Below are positions 20,323 through 35,458 of a stretch of DNA of 64,000 nt, piece after piece. Every line of letters starts with the position of its first letter. The stretch's first letter is position 1. The DNA is from Nitrospirota bacterium. Its GTDB lineage: Bacteria > Nitrospirota > UBA9217. Under the pieces are notes generated by a model. It saw nothing but the letters and a program-made list of their open reading frames with translations. It did not search any database and was not told the origin of the DNA. Location of the stretch: assembly GCA_963796285.1 (NCBI GenBank), contig CAWCKW010000012.1:768001-832000 (forward strand), in the 5' to 3' direction. The translations under genes were made by a program, and so were the position numbers.

Positions 20323-20871
20323 TTAGTTCAGTTTTTTCCAGTAGGTCCTGAAGTACTGAAATGCCGAATACACGGAGAGGATTATCGCGATCCAGAGAGC
20401 GCACGACCCGAGCTCTCTCAGCCAGTCCCTGTTCAGATAATAGTCAAGAAGAAGGGAGAGAACAGCGGTGATTTGCGCTCCTACCTTGTATTTCCCGACG
20501 GTTTCCGCGGGGATTATAATTCCGTCGCTTGATGCTATAGCTCGGAGCCCCGTAACGGCAAACTCTCTCCCGATGATCAGAATAGCCATCCAGGAATGGA
20601 CAATGTCATGGCGTAATTCCACTAAAATCACCAGTGCGGACATGATTAAAATCTTGTCCGCGATAGGGTCGAGCAGCTTCCCCACTTTGGTCACCTGTCC
20701 CCACTTTCGTGCTAAATAGCCGTCGAGCCAGTCCGTGGCCGAGGCAAGCGAAAACACGATGCCCGCGGCGAGCGCCCGTAGCGGGCTCGGGTGGAGCATG
20801 AGGACGATGAAGATGGGCACCGAGAGTATCCTGCTGAGTGAAAGCAGGTTCGGCACGTTGAAGATAATCAC
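20323..20871 (-). CDS. pgsA: CDP-diacylglycerol--glycerol-3-phosphate 3-phosphatidyltransferase
   Basis: NVPNLLSLSR, TDWLDGYLAR...GKLLDPIADK, REFAVTGLR. Confidence 0.95.
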   Translation of the reverse strand: MIIFNVPNLLSLSRILSVPIFIVLMLHPSPLRALAAGIVFSLASATDWLDGYLARKWGQVTKVGKLLDPIADKILIMSALVILVELRHDIVHSWMAILIIGREFAVTGLRAIASSDGIIIPAETVGKYKVGAQITAVLSLLLDYYLNRDWLRELGSCALWIAIILSVYSAFQYFRTYWKKLN

Positions 20872-21769
20872 GGTTGTCTCCTCCAACGGCGGTGCATCCA
20901 GACCCACTGCGCCGGATTTTTTCGAATCGCGCTTTCTATCATCTTCGTAAGCATGGCAGTATTGGCGATGATATCTTTTTCGCTGTTGTCCGTGCGGACC
21001 AGTTTCAGCGGTCCTTCGACGGTCATGGTATGTCTGTTATTTCTATCTCGATGGACATAACCGAAGATCACCGGTGCTCCGAATTTTATGCGCCATTGAT
21101 GCCGCTGCCGTGGGGGTCCAGGCCGGCCGTCCCATGAAATCAACGAAAGTGCTCTCCACATCCGTGTCCTGGTCGATGAGTATCCCCATAATGCGGTTTT
21201 CCTTGAATACGCGGACCAATTCCCTGGATGCGCCCGGCCTGCCGCGCAGGATCGTCTTCACGCCCATTCCTGCACGCAAGGTCCACGATCATGTTGTTTA
21301 CCTGTTCGGGTTCGATGGGCGCTGCAATTACACTGAGGTTGTACCGGGCCGCCACGGCATGCCCCATAAGTTCCCAGTTACCGATATGACCGGTAACAAA
21401 GATCACGCCCTTTCCGGTACTGATCGCGGCGCGGAGGTTCTCCTCTCCCCGAAATTCAATGACCTTCTCAAGACGTCGAGGAGTCATGAGCATGATCTCA
21501 AGCAGACCCTTGCCGAGATGGATAAAGCAGCGTCTCGCCGTCTGGTGTATCCATGAAGCGCCTTTTTCAGAGAACACCTGCGTCAGGTGAGCTATTGCCC
21601 TGGTCCGTTCCCGGGGAAGCAGGTAGTATGCAACAAACCCAAGCACGCCCCCTGCCCATACCCCCACCCGGTACGGAACAATCAGGGAAAACACCTTGAT
21701 TATCCTAGTGATCAAAATCAGGGAGACACGGGTCACCCATTTTCTCGCCTTACGGACCCGCTCGTTCAT
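20868..21769 (-). CDS. Lipid A biosynthesis acyltransferase (LpxL/HtrB family), frameshifted
   Basis: GHIGNWE (HX4E), LIDQD, P.QWVWMHRRW spread over three frames. Confidence 0.85.
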
Positions 21770-22284
21770 GAGGTGTGCAGCTTGCCCTGGTGCTTCAGGA
21801 TGAGGTTGATGAATTCGCGCACTGCTCCCCTCCCGCCTGCTGCTTTGGTGACCATATCCACATAGGGCTTGACCGAAGGGTCTGCATCGGCAACGGTCAC
21901 AGCAAAACCCGCGCGCTTGAAAATATCCAGATCCACGACGTCGTCTCCCATGTACGCAACTGCCTCATCACGCAAACCGTATTTGAAAGGATCGAATCGT
22001 ACACCTCTATTTTATTGTGCGCGCCCTGGTGAACTTCCTGGATGCCAAGCTCCCGCGCACGGATGTTCACTGACCTCTGACTTTCTGCCGGTGATAATTC
22101 CAACGACAATGCCGGCCCGTTGGGCCATTTTGATCCCATGTCCGTCACGCACATGGAATGCTTTGAGCTCATTGCCCCGATTGTCGAGAATGATCCTGCC
22201 GTCGGTCAAGACGCCATCGACATCAAGCAGGAGAAGCTTGATCTTTTTCGCTTTTGCCTGAACGCTTGTATTAGTGTTTCTCAT
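21766..22284 (-). CDS. kdsC: KDO 8-phosphate phosphatase, frameshifted
   Basis: LLDVDGVLTDG, FHVRDGHG, AYMGDD, GGRGAVRE. Confidence 0.9.
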
Positions 22285-22327
22285 TTGTATTCTGTGTTCT
22301 GGCCACTGACTGCTGTTGACCGGCCTT

Positions 22328-23296
22328 CTACACCACCCCTGCCTTGAGCAGGTCATGAAGATGGATGACTCCTTCGGGTACAGCATTGCGATCTGCCACG
22401 ATAAGACAGGTAATGGAGTTTTTCTCCATGATGGACACGGCCTCTGCCGCAAGAGCGTCTTTATTGGCTACTTTCGGATTTTTTGTCATGATGTCTTTTG
22501 CTTCTTTTATGAGAAGATTCTCTCCCGTTTTTTCGGTTTTTTCCATCCAGCGCCGGAGATCGCCGTCGGAGATAACGCCGACCAGTTTTCCGGATGCGTT
22601 CACGACAGCGGTAACCCCCATCTTCTTTGACGATATTTCATAGATCGCGTCTTTGATCAGCGTCCCCTCAGAGACAATGGGAACGGCCTCGTCCGTATGC
22701 ATCAGGTCACGTACACGGAGCAATAGCTTCTTGCCAAGGGCGCCACCGGGATGGAAACAGGCAAAATCTTCTTCCTTGAAACCGCGCTGGTCCAGCAGCA
22801 CAACGGCAATGGCATCTCCCATCGCCAGTGTCGCTGTGGTGCTTGCCGTTGGCGCGAGTCCAAGAGGACAGGCCTCTTCCTTTACACCAACGTCGATAAC
22901 TACGTCGCTGTTCTTGGCCAGTGTTGACTCTGGATTGCCGGTAAGTGCGATGATACCGATCCCAAGCCGCTTGAGCGACGGCAGCATCCTTGACAGTTCA
23001 TCGGTTTCTCCGCTGTTGGAGAGCGCTATCACCGTGTCGCCTCTCATGACCATGCCAAGGTCTCCGTGGATGCCCTCGGCCGGATGCAGGAAGAGCGCGG
23101 GCGTGCCGGTGGAAGCGAGCGTGGCAGCGATTTTCTTGCCGATGAGGCCGGACTTACCCATGCCTGTTACGACAACACGGCCTTCGCAGTTCAGGATCAT
23201 CTTTACGGCCTGTTCGAATCGTTCGTCAATGCGGTCAATAAGCGCCTCAATTGCCTCAGCTTCTATTCTCAGAACCTTTTTCGCTCGTTCTATCAT
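22328..23296 (-). CDS. kdsD: Arabinose 5-phosphate isomerase (KpsF/GutQ)
   Basis: GMGKSG, HGDLG, EACPLGLAPTAST, FHPGG plus CBS pair. Confidence 0.96.
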   Translation of the reverse strand: MIERAKKVLRIEAEAIEALIDRIDERFEQAVKMILNCEGRVVVTGMGKSGLIGKKIAATLASTGTPALFLHPAEGIHGDLGMVMRGDTVIALSNSGETDELSRMLPSLKRLGIGIIALTGNPESTLAKNSDVVIDVGVKEEACPLGLAPTASTTATLAMGDAIAVVLLDQRGFKEEDFACFHPGGALGKKLLLRVRDLMHTDEAVPIVSEGTLIKDAIYEISSKKMGVTAVVNASGKLVGVISDGDLRRWMEKTEKTGENLLIKEAKDIMTKNPKVANKDALAAEAVSIMEKNSITCLIVADRNAVPEGVIHLHDLLKAGVV

Positions 23297-24116
23297 TGTT
23301 TTACGATCCTATCGATTTTCTGGGCCATGTTTGAGAAGCGCGGGAAGGTCATCCAGGCCCAGCATGTTCGGCCCGTCGCAGAGTGCCTTGTCCGGGCAGG
23401 CGTGCACTTCCAAGAACAGGGCATCTACGCCGACCGCGATTGCGGCCTTGGTGAGATGAGGGAACGAACATTCGGTCTCCCGATGATACTGCCCCCCCTG
23501 CCCCCGGTAGCTGCACCGAGTGGGTTGCATCGAATACCACCGGGTAACCGAAACCGCGTATGATGGGCAGCGAACGCATGTCCGCAACGAGGTTATTGTA
23601 CCCGAATGATACGCCCCGCTCGGTTATGATGATCTTGTCGTTGCCTGTGGATGCCGCCTTCTCAGCAGCGTTCTTGATGTCCCAGGGTGCGAGAAATTGC
23701 CCCTTTTTGATGTTTATGACTCTGCCGGTCTTTGCTGCGTCTATTATGAAATCGGTCTGTCTGCACAGGAATGCGGGTATCTGAAGGATGTCCAGTATCT
23801 CGGCAGCTGGACCGATCTCCTCAAATCGGTGGACGTCAGAGAGGAGCGGCAGGTCAAGTTCTCTGCCCACGCGACCGAGTATCCGGAGCCCTTCCTTTAT
23901 TCCAGGTCCCCGAAAAGATTTCGCCGAACTGCGGTTCGCCTTATCAAAGGATGATTTAAAGACAAAAGGGATGCCGAGGTCCGCGGTAATCTGTTTAAGC
24001 CGGGCGGCAGCTTCAAGGGTAGAGCGCTCTGACTCGATCACACAAGGCCCCGCGATCAGGACGAACGGATTTTGCCCGCCGATGAGGATGTTCCTTATCG
24101 ATATTTCGCGTGTCAC
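23293..24116 (-). CDS. kdsA: KDO 8-phosphate synthase, frameshifted near 3' end
   Basis: [40 protein letters not shown]. Confidence 0.95.
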
Positions 24117-24118
24117 GG

Positions 24119-26557
<2,439 letters not shown>

Positions 26558-26722
26558 GATAGGATTCAAGGGAAAAACCTATTTACCTAATATTATCATA
26601 AAGCTCAAACCTTAAATAAGTCCAATATCATAAGCGAAAAATACTCAACTGTTGGGTCATTGAAATCCAGCATTGCAACGTGGATGTAATTTGGATAGTG
26701 ATGAATGGGACGTTTTTGTTAT

Positions 26723-27664
26723 TTATGTAGAAGATATAACCAGTTCCTTCCTGAAATATTCGATGGTCCTGGAAAGGCCATCAGTCACGGATACGTTTGG
26801 CTTCCATCCGAGTTTTTCTTTTGCAAGAGAGATATCAGGCTGACGTTGAGTGGGATCATCGGATGGCAGCGGCTTTTTGGTGATTTTTGACTTCGAACCG
26901 GTCATGGCAATGATCTTCTTCGCGAGGTCCAGGATCGTGTACTCCTCGGGATTCCCGATGTTAACCGGGCCGATGAAGTTCTCGCTGTTCATCAGTCGCA
27001 CCATTCCCTCTATGAGGTCATCCACATAACAAAAGGAACGCGTCTGGGAACCTTCGCCGTAAACCGTGATGTCCTCACCTTTGAGTGCCTGGACAATGAA
27101 GTTGCTCACCACACGGCCGTCGTCTGCCAGCATGCGGGGTCCATACGTATTGAAGATGCGCATGATCTTGATGTCCACGCGGTTCTGGCGATGGTAGTCC
27201 ATCATCAGCGTTTCGGCGGCGCGCTTGCCCTCATCGTAGCAGCTCCGGATGCCAATCGGGTTCACATTACCCCAGTAGCCCTCTTTTTGCGGGTGCACCG
27301 CGGGGTCGCCGTACACTTCCGACGTAGACGCCAGGAGTATTCTGGCATTGACCCGCTTTGCGATGCCGAGCATGTTGAGCGTGCCGATGATATTGGTCTT
27401 GATGGTCTTGACCGGATTGTACTGATAATGGATAGGCGAGGCCGGACATGCCAAATGGTAGATCCTGTCCACTTCCAGGAGAATGGGGAGTACAATGTCG
27501 TGCCGCACCAGCTCGAAAGCGGGATTTTTCAAGAACTCAGCAACGTTTGTCTTTCTGCCGGTATAGAAATTATCCAGGCAGAGCACTTCATGTCCTTCAT
27601 TCAGCAGTCGTTCGCACAGGTGAGACCCTAAAAAACCCGCGCCGCCGGTCACCAGTATTCTCAT
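26723..27664 (-). CDS. UDP-glucuronate decarboxylase (UDP-xylose synthase family)
   Basis: [38 protein letters not shown]. Confidence 0.95.
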   Translation of the reverse strand: MRILVTGGAGFLGSHLCERLLNEGHEVLCLDNFYTGRKTNVAEFLKNPAFELVRHDIVLPILLEVDRIYHLACPASPIHYQYNPVKTIKTNIIGTLNMLGIAKRVNARILLASTSEVYGDPAVHPQKEGYWGNVNPIGIRSCYDEGKRAAETLMMDYHRQNRVDIKIMRIFNTYGPRMLADDGRVVSNFIVQALKGEDITVYGEGSQTRSFCYVDDLIEGMVRLMNSENFIGPVNIGNPEEYTILDLAKKIIAMTGSKSKITKKPLPSDDPTQRQPDISLAKEKLGWKPNVSVTDGLSRTIEYFRKELVISST

Positions 27665-27819
27665 TGATTAACTCCTATAGATTAACGTTTGGAAACAGAA
27701 TTATTTTGAAGGTAATGATTATGGGGCCCATTTCGGAAACAATGTTCATGGTTCGTTGAAGGACGGAACCGGTAATACAACAAGTTGATGCAGGCTTCGT
27801 CACCATTGCCGTTGCCGGC

Positions 27820-29160
27820 CTATGTTCTTCCGATGCTGTAATAGGTGAACCCCATTTTTCGTAGCTCTGCCTGATTATAGATGTTCCTGCCGTCGAAAAT
27901 GAGAGGTTTTTTCAAGAGCTTTTTAATTTTCTGGAAATCCGGGGTCCGGAATTCGCTCCATTCGGTCACGACTGCGAGCGCATCTGCACCCCTGAGCACT
28001 TCATAATCGTCTTCACTGAAGTGGACCCTGGTCTTGAATATCTTTCGCCCTTCGTTCATTGCCACCGGGTCATGCGCCTTTACGGTTGCACCAGCACGGA
28101 GAAGACGATTGATGATGACCACGGAAGGCGCCTCGCGCATATCATCAGTTCGAGGTTTGAACGAAAGGCCCCAGATAGCGATCGTTTTGCCTGCCAGGGG
28201 TTTTGCTTTCTTTGCCGTTGTGCCTTTTTTTGTCCCCTTCTCAGCAAAATGCGCAATGATCATGTTCGACAGCACTGTTTTCTGCTGTTCGTTCACCGCC
28301 TCCACGGATTTCAGGACCTTCGCATCCACGCCGTACTCTTGCGCGGTCTGGACCAGGGCCTTCACGTCTTTGGGAAAGCACGATCCTCCGTATCCTACAC
28401 CCGGGAACAGGAACTCAAAGCCGATGCGGCGGTCATAACCCATGCCCTTACGCACATTGTCGATGTCGGCGCCCATACTCGAGCAGATATTTGCCATTTC
28501 GTTTATAAATGATATCTTGGTCGCCAGCATGGCATTCGATGCGTATTTCGTCATTTCCGCACTCCTGATGTCCATGACAAGCGTGCGGTCTCCCTTACGA
28601 ACAAAGGGGGCATACAGCTCCTGCATGATTTCACTAGCCCGGGCGCTCTCTGCGCCGACCACTACACGGTCAGGCTTCATGAAGTCTTCGATGGCGGCCC
28701 CTTCTTTCAGAAATTCGGGATTGGACACAACATCAAATTTGAAACGGGTCTTGCCTGACACAGCGGCTTTGACCTTGTAAGCCGTACCGACAGGTACCGT
28801 GCTTTTATTGACGATAACCTTGTAGCCGTTCATGAATTTGCCGATCTGCCTGGCGGCACCGAGCACATAATTAAGGTCCGCGGAGCCATCTTCCCCGGGA
28901 GGCGTACCTACGGCAATGAAAATGATGTCTGAGCCTTTCACTGCCATGGACATATCAGTGGTAAAGGTTAAACGTCCGTGGGCCACGTTGCGCTTGATGA
29001 GCTCTTCCAGTCCCGGTTCGTATATGGGCACCATCCCGGAATTGAGCGCTGCGATCTTTTTTTCGTCGATGTCCATGCAGATAATGTCGTTGCCACTCTC
29101 GGCAAAACAGGTACCGGTTACCAGGCCAACATAACCTGTTCCGATTATTGAAATCTTCAT
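27820..29160 (-). CDS. ugd: UDP-glucose 6-dehydrogenase
   Basis: [37 protein letters not shown]. Confidence 0.96.
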   Translation of the reverse strand: MKISIIGTGYVGLVTGTCFAESGNDIICMDIDEKKIAALNSGMVPIYEPGLEELIKRNVAHGRLTFTTDMSMAVKGSDIIFIAVGTPPGEDGSADLNYVLGAARQIGKFMNGYKVIVNKSTVPVGTAYKVKAAVSGKTRFKFDVVSNPEFLKEGAAIEDFMKPDRVVVGAESARASEIMQELYAPFVRKGDRTLVMDIRSAEMTKYASNAMLATKISFINEMANICSSMGADIDNVRKGMGYDRRIGFEFLFPGVGYGGSCFPKDVKALVQTAQEYGVDAKVLKSVEAVNEQQKTVLSNMIIAHFAEKGTKKGTTAKKAKPLAGKTIAIWGLSFKPRTDDMREAPSVVIINRLLRAGATVKAHDPVAMNEGRKIFKTRVHFSEDDYEVLRGADALAVVTEWSEFRTPDFQKIKKLLKKPLIFDGRNIYNQAELRKMGFTYYSIGRT

Positions 29161-29173
29161 AACGTACCTTCTT

Positions 29174-30310
29174 TCATTCTGTTCTTCTTGTGTAGTTCTG
29201 ATCGATCCATTTCCTGTACTCTCCACTTCTGATACTGTTTATCCATTCGGTGTTTTTAAGGTACCAGGTAATTGTATCCTTCAACCCGTTTTCAAAATCA
29301 TGCCGTTGTGTCCACCCGAGGTCACGCTTGATCTTGTCGCAGTTGATCGCATAGCGACGGTCATGACCTGGACGATCGCCTACAAAAGTGATGAGATCAC
29401 TATAACTGGATCTTCTTTCCGCCTGCTGGTTTTCCTTTATCGGATAGAGTTTTTCCAGCACATCGCAGATCTTTTTCACAATCTCGATATTCTGTTTTTC
29501 ACACTCACCGCCTATATTATACGTCTCACCTGTCTTCCCTCTATTCAAAATCATCCAAATGGCCTCGCAGTGGTCCTCAACATAGAGCCAGTCACGGACG
29601 TTCTTGCCGTCTCCATACACCGGAAGCGGTTTTCCCTCGATGGCATTCAGGATAATGAGCGGTATCAGTTTCTCAGGAAAATGATAGGCCCCATAATTGT
29701 TCGAGCAGTTCGAGATGGTGACCGGAAGTCCATAGGTGTGAAAATAAGCCCTCACCAGGTGGTCCGAGGCCGCTTTGGACGCGGAGTAAGGACTCCTCGG
29801 GTCGTAAGGCGTTGTTTCAAAGAAATAACCCGTTTCTCCCAGTGAGCCGTAAACCTCGTCGGTGCTGATATGGTGCAACCGTACGTCCGTTCTCCCCTTC
29901 CAGAGGTGGCGCGCGGTCTCAAGGAGGCTGAAGGTGCCGTTGATGTTCGTCTCAACGAAATCCTTGGGTCCGAAGATTGAGCGGTCAACATGGCTTTCGG
30001 CCGCAAAATGGACAATGATATTTATGTTGAATTTCTCGACGACATCTTTGACCTTCTCGTAATCCCTGATATCGCCCCGCTCAAAATAATATCTCTCTCC
30101 GCTGAACTTCTTTTCTATCTCGGTCAGATTAAGCAGGTTCCCGGCATAGGTCAGCTTGTCATAATTGACGATCGTACCGCTAAAGTCCGTTTTATCAAAA
30201 ACGTATCGAATAAAATTGGACCCGATGAAGCCTGCGCCGCCGGTCACCAGGATGTTCGCTGATACCGGAACCAGACATGCCTTCGTTTTAATAGTACAAT
30301 CGTTATTCAT
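29174..30310 (-). CDS. rfbB: dTDP-glucose 4,6-dehydratase
   Basis: [32 protein letters not shown]. Confidence 0.97.
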   Translation of the reverse strand: MNNDCTIKTKACLVPVSANILVTGGAGFIGSNFIRYVFDKTDFSGTIVNYDKLTYAGNLLNLTEIEKKFSGERYYFERGDIRDYEKVKDVVEKFNINIIVHFAAESHVDRSIFGPKDFVETNINGTFSLLETARHLWKGRTDVRLHHISTDEVYGSLGETGYFFETTPYDPRSPYSASKAASDHLVRAYFHTYGLPVTISNCSNNYGAYHFPEKLIPLIILNAIEGKPLPVYGDGKNVRDWLYVEDHCEAIWMILNRGKTGETYNIGGECEKQNIEIVKKICDVLEKLYPIKENQQAERRSSYSDLITFVGDRPGHDRRYAINCDKIKRDLGWTQRHDFENGLKDTITWYLKNTEWINSIRSGEYRKWIDQNYTRRTE

Positions 30311-31160
30311 GAGAGGTTGTGTTCTCCAGCAAAAATAATTTTACTGATTCTTCCCAGGAGGGGATATTGATATTTAAACGATCTGCGAGTTTCCTGCTGC
30401 TCATGGCCGAATACTTCGGCCGTTTTGCCGGGAGATTGAACGTCTCCATGGTCACGGGTCTGATGAATTTATTCACTCCGACCGCGCTCAAGATCACCTT
30501 AGCCCATTCATAGCGGGAGCAGAAACCACTGTTCGTCAGATGATACCGGCCGGTCAACCCCTGTTCGAGCGCCTTGAGCGTAACATCGACCACCGTATCG
30601 GTATAGGTCGGTACCGAGAACTCATCGCAGGCGATCTTCAGGTATTCACTGCTTTTTGCCCATTCAATTAATTTGTAAATAAAATTCTGTTTTCCAGCTC
30701 CGAAAACCCAGCTCAGCCTCAGGACCAGGCATCGGTCCAGCTCTTTTAGAACATACTGTTCTCCCGAGAGTTTGCTTTTACCGTATTCGTTCAGCGGATT
30801 CACCGGATCTTCCTCGTTGTACAGGCCATTCTCCTTTAGCCCGTCGAAAACATAGTCCGATCCGAAATGAACGAGCATTGCGTTCTGTTTTGCAGCGGCC
30901 TGCGCAAGATTTTTCGGTCCTGTTGCATTTACTGAGAAAGCCTTATCCTTGTCCTGTTCAGCCTTGTCAACGAGGTTATATGCAGCGCAATTGATGATAA
31001 TATCCGGCTTATGTGCGACTATGGCATCTGACACGGCCTTTGGGTCGGTGATGTCGAGCTGTGCTTCATCAGGAGCGCTGAAGTCTGATGACCGCTCCTT
31101 AAATCGCTTGATGAACGCTTGTGCCAGCTGTCCATTTTTTCCTGTGATCAGATATTTCAT
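30303..31160 (-). CDS. rfbD: dTDP-4-dehydrorhamnose reductase
   Basis: GKNGQL, NCAAY..VD.AE, SDYVFDG, YGKSK. Confidence 0.95.
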   Translation of the reverse strand: MKYLITGKNGQLAQAFIKRFKERSSDFSAPDEAQLDITDPKAVSDAIVAHKPDIIINCAAYNLVDKAEQDKDKAFSVNATGPKNLAQAAAKQNAMLVHFGSDYVFDGLKENGLYNEEDPVNPLNEYGKSKLSGEQYVLKELDRCLVLRLSWVFGAGKQNFIYKLIEWAKSSEYLKIACDEFSVPTYTDTVVDVTLKALEQGLTGRYHLTNSGFCSRYEWAKVILSAVGVNKFIRPVTMETFNLPAKRPKYSAMSSRKLADRLNINIPSWEESVKLFLLENTTSHE

Positions 31161-31176
31161 GAGGAACGTTTATCTC

Positions 31177-31292
31177 CTAACCCGGACAAGCCGGAACCTA
31201 GAAAAGCCAAATCAAATTCTTTGACATGGATAAAATCGGATAAAATCTAAAATCATGGTACTTCGTATGTAATCAGTAAAAATCCGTCTCAA
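31177..31292. repeat. Short palindromic REP/MITE-like intergenic element
   Basis: CTAACCCGGACAAGCCGGAACC end, GGATAAAATC tandem, imperfect inverted repeat TTGACATGGAT / ATCCGTCTCAA. Confidence 0.4.
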
Positions 31293-31340
31293 AGAAGTTT
31301 ATATTTATTCTACCAGTTTAGATAATTTATTCTTAAGTAA

Positions 31341-31889
31341 TTAAAAATTGTTATCCGCGTCCTGGAGGGTCGGATGGATTTTGTCCTTGTCCGACAGAAC
31401 GGGGTCCTTGAGGGGCCAGGCAATATTGATGTCCGGGTCGTTCCAAATGATACCCCGGTCGTTGGCAGGCGAATATTCGTCCGTGCACTTGTACATCACT
31501 TCTGCAGTGTCACTCAAGACCTGAAAGCCGTGGGCGAACCCTGACGGCACAAAGAGCATCAGACGGTTCTCATCGGTGAGTTCCACACTGGTCCATTTAC
31601 CGTAATAGGGAGAACTTTTTCGAATATCCACGGCAATATCGCAGATCCTGCCCTGCATGCACATGACCAGTTTGCCCTGCGCTTTGGGGGCTTTCTGGTA
31701 GTGGAGTCCCCTGAGCACCCCTTTTGCTGATTTTGAATAGTTGTCCTGTACGAGGTGTTCCACGATGCCACCTCGTGCAAAATCCGAGTGCTTATACAGT
31801 TCAAAGAAAAAGCCCCGGCTATCGCCGAACACCCGTGGCTGGACAAGCACAAGGCCTGGTATCTCAAGCAGTTTGAACTCAAAGGGCAT
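31341..31889 (-). CDS. rfbC: dTDP-4-dehydrorhamnose 3,5-epimerase
   Basis: [25 protein letters not shown]. Confidence 0.96.
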   Translation of the reverse strand: MPFEFKLLEIPGLVLVQPRVFGDSRGFFFELYKHSDFARGGIVEHLVQDNYSKSAKGVLRGLHYQKAPKAQGKLVMCMQGRICDIAVDIRKSSPYYGKWTSVELTDENRLMLFVPSGFAHGFQVLSDTAEVMYKCTDEYSPANDRGIIWNDPDINIAWPLKDPVLSDKDKIHPTLQDADNNF

Positions 31890-32772
31890 TTGGCACCCCT
31901 TGCTCGGCAACCATCGTGAGATAATCACCATACGCATTCTTTTTGTGGGACTCGGCCGCCTTGAGCAGCTTCCCTTTATCGATATATCCCAGCTTGTATG
32001 CGATCTCCTCTATGCAGGCCATCTTGAGCCCCTGCCTTTTTTCGATGGTGGCAATGAACTCACCTGCCTCAAGAAGGCTTTCATGCGTTCCCGTATCAAG
32101 CCACGCATATCCCCTTCCCAGGAGTTCGACGCGGAGCTTGTTCTTTTCTAGATAGGTTTTAATGACATCAGCAATCTCGAGCTCTCCTCGCCATGATGGT
32201 TTGACGCTCTTGGCGATCGGGACCACTGTGTTGTCGAAGAAATACAGGCCCGTCACTGCATACTTCGATTTCGGCTGTTTTGGTTTCTCTTCTACAGAAA
32301 GTACCTTCCCCTGCTTGTCGAACTCCACAATGCCGTACCGTTCGGGGTCCTTTACATAATAGCCGAACACCGTGGCGCCGCCCGATGAATTCACGTCACT
32401 CACCGCTTTGCCCAGCATTTCCGTGAGACCGTGTCCAAAAAAGATATTATCTCCCAGCACGAGGCAGACAGTATCGTTACTGATAAAGTCTTCACCGATG
32501 ATGAATGCCTCAGCGAGGCCATTCGGCTGTAATTGTTCCTTGTACGAAAAGCGCAATCCGAGGTCGGTGCCGTTACCAAAAATATCTTTAAACCTCGGCA
32601 AGTCAATGGGCGTCGAAATGATCAAAATGTCCCGTATACCAGCAAGCATGAGCACTGAAAGCGGGTAATAGATCATGGGCTTGTCGTAGATCGGGAGAAG
32701 TTGTTTACAGACACCCCGGGTGAGGGGATAGAGCCGTGTCCCGCTGCCGCCTGCCAAGATGATGCCTTTCAT
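31879..32772 (-). CDS. rfbA: Glucose-1-phosphate thymidylyltransferase
   Basis: [28 protein letters not shown]. Confidence 0.97.
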   Translation of the reverse strand: MKGIILAGGSGTRLYPLTRGVCKQLLPIYDKPMIYYPLSVLMLAGIRDILIISTPIDLPRFKDIFGNGTDLGLRFSYKEQLQPNGLAEAFIIGEDFISNDTVCLVLGDNIFFGHGLTEMLGKAVSDVNSSGGATVFGYYVKDPERYGIVEFDKQGKVLSVEEKPKQPKSKYAVTGLYFFDNTVVPIAKSVKPSWRGELEIADVIKTYLEKNKLRVELLGRGYAWLDTGTHESLLEAGEFIATIEKRQGLKMACIEEIAYKLGYIDKGKLLKAAESHKKNAYGDYLTMVAEQGVPNAL

Positions 32773-32886
32773 GGGTCTGCTCCTCCTGAAAGTATGAAAT
32801 ACCAAAGTAAAGCGTTCGAAGTTTCATGTGAAAATTTAAAACCGTTTCAAGAGGGAAATGGATCATAGTCCCTTTGTCCTCCGGAC

Positions 32887-33885
32887 CTATGTACCTTGTA
32901 TTATTCTTTGTTTCAATTCTTCAGGTTTAACAGTGGACGTTCCTACAATTCCGACGACGATCCCCGCTGCATAATTTGAGATCCTGGCGGCATCCACCAT
33001 ACTTGCTCCTGATGCCATGGCGAGCGTGAGCGTACTGATGACTGTATCTCCGGCGCCGGTGACATCGAAGACCTCGCGTGCAACAGTCGGGATGTGGGTC
33101 ACCTTGCCTATGTGGTCAAAGAGGCTCATCCCCTGTTCTCCGCGGGTGATCAGTACGGCATCACACTTCAGCCGCTTGAGCAGAAGCTTACCAGCTTTGA
33201 GCAGGGATTGTTCATTGTCGATTTCTATTTTTGATCCGATGGAGGCTTCCGTGATATTCGGGGTAAGGATGGTAACGCCGCTGTACATGCCGAAGTGGCT
33301 TACTTTGGGGTCCACGGTCACAATTACCCTGTGTTTTTTTGCTAGCCTCACGATGTCCCGCACGAGGCCACTGGTGACCACGCCTTTGCAGTAATCCGAG
33401 AGCACAATTGCATCAAGTCCCTCGTTCAGCTGCTTTCCTACGTAATCAAATATCCGGCGATGGGTGTCCCGCTCAATCCGTTCCTTTGTCTCGCGGTCGA
33501 ATCTTACAACCTGCTGGCTATGCGCTATGACGCGTGTCTTGATCGTTGTAGGCCTTGCCGAATCAACGATGAGGCCTTCGGTGCGAATCCCCTGTTCATG
33601 CAGCAGATGAAGAAGCTGTTTACCGGCTGCATCTTGTCCGATCACACCGCAGACGCTCACAAAGCCGCCAAGCGAATGGATGTTGTTCACCACATTCGTC
33701 GCGCCACCCAGGAGCAAACTTTCCCGCGTGACATTCACAACGGGCACCGGCGCCTCAGGCGATATGCGTGAAACCTTTCCCCAGATATAATGGTCGAGGA
33801 CGACGTCTCCGACAACGAGAACCCGGGCAGCTGAAAAACGATCAACGTAATTTGTAAGACGCTTGATGTCCTTTTTAGAGATCAT
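32887..33885 (-). CDS. rfaE1: D-glycero-beta-D-manno-heptose-7-phosphate kinase
   Basis: RISPEAPVPVV, SDY.KG, DVTGAGDTV. Confidence 0.93.
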   Translation of the reverse strand: MISKKDIKRLTNYVDRFSAARVLVVGDVVLDHYIWGKVSRISPEAPVPVVNVTRESLLLGGATNVVNNIHSLGGFVSVCGVIGQDAAGKQLLHLLHEQGIRTEGLIVDSARPTTIKTRVIAHSQQVVRFDRETKERIERDTHRRIFDYVGKQLNEGLDAIVLSDYCKGVVTSGLVRDIVRLAKKHRVIVTVDPKVSHFGMYSGVTILTPNITEASIGSKIEIDNEQSLLKAGKLLLKRLKCDAVLITRGEQGMSLFDHIGKVTHIPTVAREVFDVTGAGDTVISTLTLAMASGASMVDAARISNYAAGIVVGIVGTSTVKPEELKQRIIQGT

Positions 33886-33952
33886 AGTTTGTCATTTTCC
33901 ATATTCACTCGCGGTACGCATGGCCAGAATGGACCGATGGATATCGTGTTCT

Positions 33953-34957
33953 TTAAGGGCATTTTTGCAGCACCTGTCCAACAGCCTTGAAAACCTCATC
34001 CACCGAAATATCCGCCATGCATGCTCGGGTGCCGATGGGACAGTTTTTTTCTTCGCAAGGAACGCAGGCGAGTCCCCTCCTAATGACCTGGTGTCCCTTG
34101 CCTATTGGTCCGGTGCGTCGGGGGTCGGTTGAACCGAAAAGCCCCACAACAGGTGTTTGCACCGCGGTCGCGAGATGCAGTGGACCGGTGTCGGCGCTTA
34201 CCAGACAGTTGCATCGGGCCAGCAATGCCGCAGAATCCGAAATAGAAAGATCACCTGCGGCGGAAACCGCCTTTTTTTTCATGTCCGCCATAACGTTCCG
34301 TACCAGTTCTCGGTCCTCGTTTCCACCTACAAAGATCACCTGTGCGTCGAGTTCATCAATCAGCCGGTCGGCCAGTGCCGCAAACCGCTCGGGAAACCAG
34401 TTGCGCGCCGGTCGTGCCGCGCCCACGCTGCAATTCAAAGCAATTAGTGGTCTCTTGTCGTCAATTCTACGCTCCGACAGGAATTGATCAATATTCTTGA
34501 GCGCAGCGGGAGTGACGGGAAGCTCGATATTATCAACAGAACCGTCAATGTCTAGCGAGCTCAACGTTTCAAGGAAATTTTCTGCTGCATGAAGCCGTCG
34601 CGCTACCGCCTTGGACCCCTTCTGTTTCCGATATACAAGGATATGTCGTGCACCGGACAGCAATCGAAGCACCATCGAGCGCAAAGACGGTTGCATATCA
34701 ATAAAAAGGTCATAGTGCTCGTCTCTGATCCGCACACCGAAGTCGATAAAGTCCATCAAATGCCTTTTAAACTTCGCTTTATCGAATACCAGGACACGGT
34801 CCGCGACAGGCGTTCCCTGAATGAGCGATTCTAATCCGGGAGAGACCACGACGGTGACATGCGCTGAAGGGAATTTCGTTCGTAATGCTTTCAGAGTCGG
34901 AAGCGTATGAAGTAGGTCTCCAATCGCTCCCGGTTTGAAAAAAAGCACTTTTTTCAT
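33953..34957 (-). CDS. LPS heptosyltransferase (GT9, WaaF-like)
   Basis: GAIGD, DTGPLHLA, LFGST, C.PC....C. Confidence 0.9.
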   Translation of the reverse strand: MKKVLFFKPGAIGDLLHTLPTLKALRTKFPSAHVTVVVSPGLESLIQGTPVADRVLVFDKAKFKRHLMDFIDFGVRIRDEHYDLFIDMQPSLRSMVLRLLSGARHILVYRKQKGSKAVARRLHAAENFLETLSSLDIDGSVDNIELPVTPAALKNIDQFLSERRIDDKRPLIALNCSVGAARPARNWFPERFAALADRLIDELDAQVIFVGGNEDRELVRNVMADMKKKAVSAAGDLSISDSAALLARCNCLVSADTGPLHLATAVQTPVVGLFGSTDPRRTGPIGKGHQVIRRGLACVPCEEKNCPIGTRACMADISVDEVFKAVGQVLQKCP

Positions 34958-35221
34958 TTCCATTTTCCACTCATTATATGTTAGTGCCCTGAATTTGTAA
35001 AGATATTTTTGGAAATCAGTAGACAGGGAGTGCTGGACCACAAGCTGTATGAGGCAAATCATATCGGTCTCAATGCGAATCGTTTATAAATATACTTGAA
35101 ATCATCGAGAAGAGCGAGTACTATTTAATCGGTTGAGCTGAGAGATCATCGCGAGAAACCCGAATGCGAACCCGGTTCGATCCTGTAATTATTATTTTTG
35201 CAAGAAAGGATGGATATACCT

Positions 35222-35404
35222 ATGGCTACTCCAAAAGTTGACATGGATCTTTGTATCGGGTGCGGACTTTGCTCTGATCTCTGCCCGAAGGTTTTCGAGC
35301 TCAGGGACGACAAGGCATGGGTCACAAATCCGAATGCCTGCGATACCTGCGATTGTCAGCAGGCCGTGGACAGCTGTCCCGTCACCGCAATTTCATTGGA
35401 ATAG
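35222..35404 (+). CDS. Small [4Fe-4S]/[3Fe-4S] ferredoxin
   Basis: CIGCGLC...CP and distal CPVTAI. Confidence 0.9.
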   Translation: MATPKVDMDLCIGCGLCSDLCPKVFELRDDKAWVTNPNACDTCDCQQAVDSCPVTAISLE

Positions 35405-35429
35405 TAATCAACTCTGTTGCATCCTCTTC

Positions 35430-35458
35430 GAGGGGCGGTCAAGCGCCCCTCTTTCTTT
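35430..35458 (+). terminator. Rho-independent terminator of ferredoxin gene
   Basis: GAGGGGCG-gtcaag-CGCCCCTC followed by TTTCTTT. Confidence 0.7.
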
